Shown here: positions 22,379-32,000 of the stretch, one piece after another
Numbering within the stretch: the stretch's first letter is position 1
How the letters are laid out: each line of letters starts with the position of its first letter
Assembly (NCBI GenBank): GCA_000002455.1
Contig: DQ158856.1
Span: 90,001-122,000, forward strand
Origin: Bigelowiella natans nucleomorph
Lineage: Eukaryota > Protista > Cercozoa
Direction: 5' to 3'
Length of the DNA: 32,000 bases
The notes under the pieces: generated by a model
What the model was told of the DNA's origin: nothing
Seen by the model: only the letters and a program-made list of their open reading frames with translations
Database searches by the model: none
Made by a program: the position numbers and the translations under genes

Positions 22379-23235
22379 TTAAATGTCATAGTTGTTTTTA
22401 AGTTTAGGGGCCAAAAAGTATTGAATTTTTGAGTTACCGTCAAAATTAACAGCCAATTTCATTGGATAACTCGTTTTAAATTCCAGAGTGACATTTTCTG
22501 ATAACAGAGCCAACTTTGAGAAATGTATAATATATTTTAATGAAATACTTTGAGTGATTTGATTCTGACAATTAACTGTAACTTTTCTTTTCTACTTTTA
22601 ATCATTTTACTGTTAGATTGTTAGTATTCTTATAAATTATAATAGCTCTTCCACTTGTACCTTTAGCTGTAAATACAACTACACCAGGGTGAATATTTAT
22701 AACAACTAAAATATTTAATCATACCTATGTCACCCACATTTATAAGATCTTTTGCTAGTTTAGTTAACTCCAAAGAATTCATCGAAATAGTGGCATCATA
22801 TTTATCAACAGGAACTGTAATCTTTTCCTTAATACTTTTGAATAAATTCAATTCATATTCAGCTATCCTACTATCTATACAATATAAAATAAACCTTTGT
22901 TCTCAAAAACTAAACTAAAAAAATTTGTAGTTTCGTCGTATTTCATCATAACCGAGTCTTCATTTGTAGATGTTTTCAAAGCTTTTATTAAGCCTTGAAA
23001 ATTTATCTCTATTTATTATTAACTTACTAAATTTTGTGCCTACAAATTCCTTGAAATTTTCAAAATAATCTGCCTGAATATCAACTTCAAGTAATGTTAT
23101 GTGCGAATGATCAATTGACTGAATTGTTAGAAAGTTTTCTTTGAATTCAAATGTTGATTCACTGAGTAAATCTTTCATTGATTCAAATAATTTAATAATT
23201 TTATTTGGATTTAAAAAAATTATTTTTCTCATCAT
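22379..23235 (-). CDS. pcna: Proliferating cell nuclear antigen
   Basis: LTIQSIDHSHITLL, YDATISMNSLELTKLAKDL..VGD, C-terminal YFLAPK. Several tiny introns, for example 23009-23027. Confidence 0.93.
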
Positions 23236-23269
23236 CTAATTACTCGTAATAATAAAAATTGACATTAAT

Positions 23270-23886
23270 TTAAGAAAAACAGACATTATATTTAAACAAA
23301 AAATCACTCACTGATAGGTATTCTCTGTATGGAAAATAACCGTTGTAACAAAACTTACCAGCTAACTGATACCTAATAGTCTCTAGAAACTCTAGCTCTT
23401 TCTTTATATTGTATTTATTTATTTTATTATTTTTTAATAACCTATAATCAGAAAGCTAACCTAGTGATAAGATTAATAATTAGTTCTGGGAAATTTAAAG
23501 AAACGAATATAGAATCTTGATATGAGAAAGAACTAATACGAAAACCTTTTTTATTTGAGTTTATCAAAGAATTAAATTTTAAAAACTTAAAAATTTTCGG
23601 ATCTAAGTATTTTATAAAAAGTTGAGAATTTAATTGCTTCAAATTAAGTTTGTAAGGTATAAAAAATCTATTAATTGAGCCAGAAGAATTAATTTTCTTT
23701 CCTTAATAAAAATACTTCAAAAAAAATACCGTTTTGTTTAACATAAATTTTAGAAAAATATAACTTATTTATTAGTAGATTATATAAAAAACTCTTTAAA
23801 TACTTTTTTTTTGTCAAAAATAATTTAATGTCTTTTGGTAAACTAATAAAAAATAATATATATTTGAATAAGACTATATCTAGCAT
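23270..23886 (-). CDS. Hypothetical ~192-aa orphan protein with two introns
   Basis: 19-nt GT-AG introns at 23697-23715 and 23442-23460 give a continuous frame ending LETIRYQLAGKFCYNGYFPYREYLSVSDFLFKYNVCFS*. Confidence 0.65.
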
Positions 23887-23923
23887 GAACGGAGAGTGCG
23901 TTAGACCTCAGGCATCCCCTTTA

Positions 23924-24221
23924 ATGATTAACATCCGCTTTTTCAAGAGAGGCTCAGTTGTTTATTTACGTAAAGGAAAAAATATTGGACGTATAGGCAT
24001 AATATATGATATAGTTAACCAAAAAAAGGTACTTTATATAATAATAGGTAATAGTTTACTTGTTAAATAAAAAAATTCTAAACACGAGAATAGAATCATT
24101 ATTTATGAGTAAATATTCAATCGCATTGCCTTCGTCCTCTCATAATACTCCTTTAGTTAGTAAATTAATAGACTCAAAAATAAAAGAAATTCGAAATCTA
24201 ATTTCTTTCAAAAATATTTGA
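23924..24221 (+). CDS. rpl14: 60S ribosomal protein L14 (eL14), shortened
   Basis: RFFKRGSVVYLRKGKNIGRIGIIYDIVNQKKV is a KOW motif resembling RFVEVGRVAY..GKLVAIVDVIDQNRAL. Intron at 24029-24047. An in-frame upstream ATG at 23885 is possible. Confidence 0.72.
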
Positions 24222-24299
24222 TTCATATCTTAAATAATTAAGCTCATAAATTTCTTTGATTCATTTTAACAATTTATTTTTTTTAAATTTATAGCATTA

Positions 24300-26189
24300 A
24301 TAATTAAATTATCCAAAATCTAGCTTACCCTATAGTTTCGATAAATTTTATAAGATTATGAACTAAAGATCAAATATCCTATTTTAAAGATTATAGTCTA
24401 TTTAATGACTGATTACTAAGAGAAAATTAAACCACAAGTCTAAGAGTCAAATTTACTAAACTACATGTTACTTTTAAAACTTTTTAATTCTAGACTAAAA
24501 TTTATCTATGAATCATTCGTACTCAAATAAACCTGTATTATTTAATTTAGATTGTTTCAAAAAATTAATTGATTCTAAAATAATGGTTATTTTATCTTAA
24601 AACAGAAAATTATTTCTAATAATCTAGGACAAGTTAATAACAAATTCTATATTTTAATTAAACAGAAAAGTATTTTTAAAAATATAGAAATCTTACTTAG
24701 TCAAAATATACTTTCAATACTAATGGAATTAAACAAATTTCTCCCTTTCACTAAAGTAAAAAATAAAGCAAAGTTAATAAATAAAAAATTAACGTTATCT
24801 ATTCAACAATCTAACTTGAATATAGCTTACTTATTAATATTTGGTATACTAATTTGTATTTAGTTTCAAAAATGTCTTTGCTTTTTAGATCTAAATCACT
24901 TTTGTCACAAAAGAAAATACTTAACCCTTTAAGAAAAAGTATAATTCTAATTACAATAAATATGAGACTTATTAGTTTAAAACTAAAATTTATTGATAAA
25001 GATTTCATCATAAAATTAATTAAAACTTCTCTAATTGGAAAACTTTCTCAAAATCATAATTTTATTAGCAACTCTGTATCATTTTCATAGAATAGTTAAA
25101 ATTAATTGACTTCATAATAAATCGTATTAAGTATTACAAAAACAAAACTAACATTAAAAATATTTTTAGGAATGTCTTTTTTTCAAAATATAAAAACTGG
25201 TATTCTCATAATAGCTTTTTTATTTCTAAAGGATTATTATTTCAAAAGTATTCGAATCATATTAATTTCAAAAGGACTAGCAAGTCTAATCCTAGTATAA
25301 TTATTATACCTACCTCGTTGATCAACAAAAAGGACTCTAAATTTAAAGATTCATCCATAAAATATTGCAACAAGTATAAGATAAATCAAAAAGGCAATTT
25401 TACCACAGACTAGAAACAAGATACCAGTTTATATTACAAACGATTAAAAATACTAATGCTGATCTTATACTACTTGATCAAAAAGACACTATAATTACTG
25501 ATCTAATGAATAAATATACTAAATCAACAATAATAAACAATTTTTATTCATCAGAACTTTTCAATATAATCAATAACCTAGGCTTTGAAAAAAATAAAAG
25601 CTCCTATTTTTATCATAATTTTAACTCTTCAAAATATTTTAGATTAAATGTTTTTAAGATTTGAATAAGATTTGTAATTCCAATTTTATTAGCTGGTTAT
25701 TAATCACAAACAAATCAACAAAAAGAAGATGCTTGTCGATTATTTGCACCTTTACTGATTATCAATTCGAAAAAGATCTACTAAATGATACGAGAAATTT
25801 AATAGTTTTAATAATTCAAATATTGATTGATGGAAGAGTTCTACCTTCGGATAACTCAGTCGAATTCTTGATAACGAAGATGATCAAATATAAAATTCAA
25901 CTTACCGAATGTACTATTTTTGCAATTAGTAAGAGATATTATAGTTAAATCTTTCTACTATTTAATTTATATTATGAATCACAAAAAAAAAGTAATATCT
26001 TTTCCTAACAATAATTCCATTTTAAAAATAAACTTTGAACGAGATAAAACAATAGATTTGCGGAATTTGAAAGATCACCATAAAAACATTAATTATATTC
26101 ATTTAAATTATAAAGTATGTAGTACTTAAAATTAGATGAATTTAATCTTATCAAGCTTTTTACTTTTTCACGATATTTCAAATATGTAA
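24300..26189 (+). CDS. Highly divergent CCT/TCP-1 chaperonin subunit, most like gamma; boundaries approximate
   Basis: NPSIIIIPTSLINKK resembles NPRIVLLDSSLEYKK. RNLIVLIIQILIDGRVLPSDNSVEF resembles RNLQDAMQVCRNVLLDPQLVPGGGASEM. The length fits a CCT subunit. Confidence 0.55.
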
Positions 26190-26218
26190 AACATTGTCTG
26201 TAATGAATAAAGGGTTGG

Positions 26219-28735
26219 CTAGTAATAAAACATAATCTGCCTAATAACCTCTAAATAGATTTTTAAATAAACCGAATTAAGAAACAAAATCTCATTTTTA
26301 AATGTTCTTTTAGATTTTATAAATGATAAGTACTTTTCTGTAAATAAATTTTTGATTTCGCAATAATTTTTGTCGTTTATCAATAAAATGTTTAAAATCT
26401 TACCAGCTATTAAGATTGTAATACTTTTTAGTGATATTTTTTTTTCATCTATAACTTTATTCAAAAAGTATAAAGATTTTCTTAATAGAAATAGATTGAA
26501 TGTGGTTTTCTTAAAATCCCTATAGCAATATTTTTTCTTATCATTTTTATAATTATAAGTTTTTATCCGTAACCTTCCCATCTATAACTATTTGCTACAG
26601 TAATTATTATTAAAAAGTTGAAATCTAGAACATCTTTATTTTAAGTTAACTATTAATTATTATTATTCTTTTAAAAAAACTAACCACTCTTTTAAAAATG
26701 GAGATAAAACTGAAATAATAGGAATAGCATCCCCTAATAATTTATCAAAAACTAAATATTTTATTTGATTGCTATTATTTTAGTTTATACTTCCTAAGAG
26801 TAGAATATCTATGAACCTTGACTAACAAGCATCCAAAAACCGTACAATACAATGTTTTTATTCTGAGTGCGGTAAATATAAAAGATGCCAAGAAAATAGT
26901 AAAGTTGAATATTGAAACATTATTCGTATAATGGAGAGTAATATTGTTTTTTGTTAAAACTGATTTTACTAATTTAAATAATTTGAATTGTTCTCTATAA
27001 TGTCTATTCTATTATTCAAAAACTTTATTGAAATACCAATTTTTTGTAGAAAATAATATTTGATTGTTAATGGCATTCTCATAAGGTATAAATTTAATTT
27101 TTGAATAAGGTAAGGATCACCGTAGATACAGTTATTTTTTCCTGAAATACATTTTTTAATTCTACTCATACTTTATTATTAAATCATACTTTATTATTGT
27201 ATTTTTAGATATTACAGAGACAAAAGATATGTAAGAAATACAGTTATACGAGCATCTATTATACAATGCTTCAATGATTATTTTTCCATACTTTAAATCA
27301 ACAGGTAAAAACAAAATAACTTTACCAAGATTCGTAATTTCTAAAGAATTTACATCGATACAATTATAATAATATAAAATTTCTAGACTTCTAGTTTTTA
27401 GAATTTATACCTTCTTAGTTTTTCTTTATCTAAATAAAATCCCAGCTCGATACTTCCAATAAAATTAGATCCAATCAGCTTAATAAATAAAATGAAGGAA
27501 TTTATATTTTCAGTAACAATATTAGGAATCAATTGTAATCCATTACACAGGTGGCTTCGTTTATCAAAAAGTCTAAATATAACACCTTTTCCAATTCTAC
27601 CTGTCAATAGTTAAATTACCGATTCTACCTAACCTTTGAACAGACTGTAATTTGGAACACGTTATTATTCTTAGCGTATTCGTTTGATATCGATCATTAT
27701 AAATATTTAATTTACTATATCCCGGATCAACCACAAATTTAAGATTTTTAATTGTTAAAGAAGTTTCAGAAATATTAGTACTCAAGTATAATTTTCTGTC
27801 GGGAGACAGAGAAGAATTTAAATTAATTTTATTGCTTTTGATTGTGCTATTATCATTATAACTTAGTATTTCGGAATATAATGACACGAGTTTGAGACTA
27901 GATTTTGTACGTCTAAAAATATTTAACGATTTAATAAATAATTTGAGCAGGATAATTTCATTTTTTCCAGTTAAAAATAACAATATATCCCCAGCAATAG
28001 TCTTTGTATTGATCTTTTTATAAACTTTTACCTTAAAAATAGTAATTAATGCAGCTATTAGATAATTTGAAATATTTTTATTTAAGAAAAAAATTTTTCT
28101 ATCATAAAATAACCCTTTTATAAAAATTATATTCGAATAAAATTGCTTTTTCAATAAATTTGGTTTGCTAAAAGTAGCGGTCATTATGAGAAACTTTAGT
28201 CCCTTTTTTTTTTTTACCTTTGTAATATAAAATTACTTGTAAAATATGGCATATTCCTATTATTATATCTGAATAAACTGATCTTTCATGAAATTCATCA
28301 ATAATCACGATCTATCTAGGATAATAAAACCATTTTCCCGAGAGTGTTATTCATAGTCAATAACATATTTAACAATATACCTTCTGTTAATAACATAATA
28401 TCTGATTTATTTGACGCTAAACTAAAGAAACGCATTTTCATACCAACCTGTTTAATTANNCATACTTTATGACCCAGCCTAGTTTTAAGAATAGTTGATA
28501 TTCTGAGGGCTACATTCAACACAGCTAATCTCCTAGGTTGCGTGATGAAAAGTTTATATTTTTTTTTACTAAAAAAAAAATATAAAATAATCGGAATAAT
28601 AGTTGATTTACCACAACCAGTTTCTCCTACAATTACAGAAAAGTCATTAAACAAAATTTTCCTTAGTATTATTTCTTTAAAGTAGACTAAGCTATTTTTA
28701 GGATTAATTATAGAAAAAAGTAAAACCGATCTCAT
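26219..28735 (-). CDS. DEAH-box splicing helicase (Prp2/16/22/43 family), multi-intron
   Basis: VGETGCGKST, TQPRRLAV, IIDEFHERS, MTAT, STNISETSLTI, VVDPG, QRLGRIGR. Two Ns at 28459-28460 fall in a probable intron. Confidence 0.9.
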
Positions 28736-28782
28736 TTCCTTAAAATATAATTACGTGTTGCTAACTTCTTTTTAAATTAATA

Positions 28783-31700
28783 ATGGAAGTATCTACTATA
28801 AAAACTCATATTAATGTCAAAAAAAGTGCAATCTATACTAAAAAAATGTATTCTGCCCTTAATTAGGTCTTTATTCCGCATTGGGATATTTTCTCAAGAA
28901 GAGTTAATAAAATATTCAATCATAACTCACCTTTATTCAAAATTTAAATCCAATCATAAAAGCTTATCCAATAATTATTTACAGAGAGTATAAACTAGCT
29001 TTATAGATGTTTAGTAATAAGAATTTCTGCAGCATTTGCTTTAAACCCATTTTTGAATGCTTTGGACATACTGGTACATCTTAGAATATTAGGAATACTA
29101 AAGCTAGAAATTCCCTTTTTACATTGCTTATTCTATAAGAAAGTAATAAAAATTATTGAAACAATATGTTTAAATTGTAACAGTCCACACAATTTAAAAA
29201 AATCTAGCTCATTATTGTACAAGTATCTTATTTTATACTAGGTTTCTAAAAAATCATTCTTCGAGTAGCTATGTCAAAAAGATAGCTTTTACTTTTTTAA
29301 TATTAAATTTAATCGAAAATGAATACTGTGACAATTGCTCCATGTTCATCAAAAAGATAAAGTTAATATAATAATAAAGATATTTCAACGATAGTTGTAG
29401 ATTTTTATACTTTTATCAGAACAAATTAGTTTCGAATCAACGTAATGTTTTATTTAGTTATTTAGAAAGCTGCTTTTTTTTTATCAAATGAAGAATTCAC
29501 TACTTATAATATTTTCCTAATCTCTCAAAAGGTCAAAAAGAGTTACTATAAAAGCCTTCAAATATCAAGCAGTTTAGAAAATCTATTTTTCCTGAATTTA
29601 CCAATAATACCAAACATTCTAAGACTAGATTTTATTACTGAAAGTACATTTTCTAAATAATAGACAAAAAAGACCTCCGTAACCCCTTAAATACTTTATA
29701 TCTAACTCTAATAAAATGGAACCGATCTCTTTATCTTTTAATTGTTCAAAATAAATTTTCTTTAAATTTAATGGATTTACATGTATCTCAATTAAACAAG
29801 GTAATTCAAAAAATCATAATTGATACTAGTATCACTAGTAATAATTATTTACAGAATTCTATTCCACGTTTTCGGTATGCTATTTTCTAATAGTGGTATA
29901 ATGACGAGAATGAGAGGCAAAAAGGGTAGAATCCGTAAAAATATTCTAGGTAAAAGGGTAGATTTCATTTTTAGATCTGTTATTTCACCTAACATTAACT
30001 TGCCCATCGGTTTTTGCTCTCTTCCGTATAATTCTAGAATTATTCTTACTATCACTGAAAAACTGATAAATTTAAATAGAAGCATACATAGTTTGAAAAG
30101 CAATGTCATGCTAGATTTTTTATGTAACGTTAGCTTCATCCTTAAAAAAAACGATAAAAGAAAAATAAACTTTAAAAAAATTAAAAAAAATTTAACATCA
30201 AAATATATTATCAAAGTTACTCTATAATATGTAGAACGGTGATTTTGTTGAGAGGAAAATAAATCATCTAGATTTTTCACTTTTAAATAGACAACCTTCA
30301 TTACACAAATTTTCAATATTAGGACACCTCTTGCATTTTGGATTTTCAAAATCATTGAATATCAATCCATCAGTTTGCTTTCCATACAATGCAGATTTTG
30401 ACGGTGACGAAATGAATCTTCATTTATGTCAAAATTATTACGCTAAAGCAGAAATACTGGAATTGATGCTTCCAATCGAAAATTTAAGTTCATCGAATGA
30501 TTCCAGATTAATAATAAATTCAATTCAAGTATACTCGATACTAATAGGATCTTAATTATTATAACTACCTTAAGGAAAGTAAAACATACCATAAAATAAC
30601 TAATACCCCTATTTTAAAAGCAGAAAATCTTAAAAAAAAAAAAAGTTTTAATTCAGTACCGTTTAAGTATTTTACAAAAGTACTAGATTATTTTTAGGTT
30701 TTCAGCAATAATTTATATATCAATTATTCCTTAGAAAGTATGAATTTTTTGAAATCTAATTACTTTAAAAAAACCACTTTAAATATGGCCTATGGGTCCT
30801 ACTATTATAATTCAATAGATTACAGTACAGACGGTAAAATCCAGGTTCTATTATATGATTTTAGACTAATGTACCAAGTTCTAGAGTAGGTAAATCAGAA
30901 CTTTTGAATTTAATTAAGGGTAAAACAGCCATACTAGACCTATTGTGTAAACAAAATCAAAATTTGTTCACATTTAGTAATTCAGCTCTCACACTGAGTA
31001 TTAAAGATCTATTAAAATTTCATAAAACACTTAATAAAGCTTGTAATCCTATAGCGAAATTTAATCAAACCATCACAAACACTTATTCATTTCAACAAGA
31101 AATAATAAATTATCACTACAAAAAAAATTTGGATAAAAATACACTAGAAAATTCAAAAAGAAAATTAATCACAAATATGTTGACCTCTTTAACAAAAACT
31201 TTAAAATATTTTGGATCTTTATTAAACATCTTCGAAATGTTCGATAATAATTTTAACATCATGATACAAAGTAAGACAAAAGGGAAAATTAATAATTTTA
31301 TTAAAATGTTAGAACTTATTGGTCAACAAAAAATATTTTTGAATTCATTATTTAGTCCTTTTAAAAATTCATTATTTAACAAAAATCTTTACAACATTCC
31401 ATCATTTAACAGTTATAACATTTATAATAGATAATGAGGTCTATTTCGATTCTCTTTTCACTGGACTGTCTATGCTTTCTTTCGTGAGTAACTTATTTAC
31501 TGGAAGGGAAAGCCTTGTCGTATCAGCGATTAGAACCTCTGATACAGGCTATTTATCTAGAAAATTACAACTTTCGCTGACAGATATCAGTATTTTTAAT
31601 GATTTTTCTATCAGAAACTCAGAAGGATGTGTTTTAATACTGAGGTTAGACAAATATTTTAAGATACGTTTCCGATTGTATCAGGTATTGTTCAGAAAAG

Positions 31701-32000
31701 AAAAATTCAATATCCGTACATAGGATTTTGGACGGATACCAAAAAATTAAGCAATTAAAGCTTATCACAAATTCCGTTCACACAAAAAATGTTCCATTTA
31801 ATCAGATAGAAATTTTACGATCAAATTATTGACAATAATGGAATTATTAATATACTAAATATTTATAGAAATAAAAAAATTCGCAATTGTCAATTACACG
31901 ACGTTAGCCGTTTACTTTCACAAAGTGTTATACAAGCCCTACAGGAAGGATTTAATATTGAAGTATTCTATTAGCAAAAAGAACTTATACTACAAAAATA
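28783..32000 (+). CDS. rpc1: RNA polymerase III largest subunit, multi-intron, 3' end beyond the window
   Basis: GKRVDF..RSVISPN, NRQPSLHK, SVCFPYNADFDGDEMNLHLCQNYYAKAE (RPC1-type VCxPYNADFDGDEMNLH..AKAE), TGRESLV..TSDTGYLSRKL. Confidence 0.85.

Noticed and set aside
23290-23400. snRNA-like words: ATACAGAGAA on the minus strand (U6 box) and AAACTTACCAG on the plus strand (U1 5' end)
   Set aside because: The flanking snRNA sequence is absent (no GATTAGC after the box), and the region is the open last exon of the 23270-23886 gene.
23924-24070. rps4 (eS4), suggested by NIGRIGII
   Set aside because: The KOW motif is N-terminal in a ~92-aa protein and is followed by DIVNQKK, which fits eL14.
29849-30355. 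Antisense ORFs: 29849-30355, 9142-9324, 11312-11503, 21956-22138, 22727-22918, 24811-25011
   Set aside because: They are shadows of conserved genes on the opposite strand and have no motifs of their own.
2279-32000. Pseudogenes or an alternative genetic code as the cause of the fragmented ORFs
   Set aside because: The breaks I traced (except one in rpl11) are repaired by 18-21 nt GT-AG introns, and long intronless genes read in the standard code.
28783-32000. A second RPB1 or RPA1
   Set aside because: VCFPYNADFDGDEMNLH..AKAE and RSVISP match Pol III better.
1-32000. tRNA, rRNA, CRISPR, transposons, telomeric repeats
   Set aside because: No cloverleaf, repeat array or transposase motif was seen, and the spacers are mostly under 100 nt. 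A tRNAscan/Infernal run would be needed to exclude small RNAs.

Overview
Very AT-rich, extremely gene-dense eukaryotic DNA. Nearly every gene is interrupted by 18-21 nt GT-AG introns (mostly 19 nt), which is why the ORF track is fragmented. This is the hallmark of a chlorarachniophyte nucleomorph chromosome (Bigelowiella natans-like). Splicing the introns out by hand gives 21 protein genes: hsp90 (partial), an orphan, BUD31/G10, rpl11, CPSF73, SYF1-like, rps15, a GYF_2 protein resembling Tic56, PRP5, eIF1A, rpl9, fibrillarin, PRP21/SF3A1, UTP12, RPB1 (intronless, no CTD), a YGGT/Ycf19-like plastid protein, eIF4A(III), PCNA, a second orphan, rpl14, a degenerate CCT-gamma, plus a DEAH splicing helicase and RPC1 (partial). 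I saw no rRNA, tRNA, mobile element or CRISPR. The most interesting points are a probable Tic56 subunit of the green Ycf1/TIC translocon, a YGGT plastid protein, a PRP5 with an altered SAT motif in a genome of ultra-short introns, and a frame break in rpl11. All family assignments come from remembered motifs, not from database searches.
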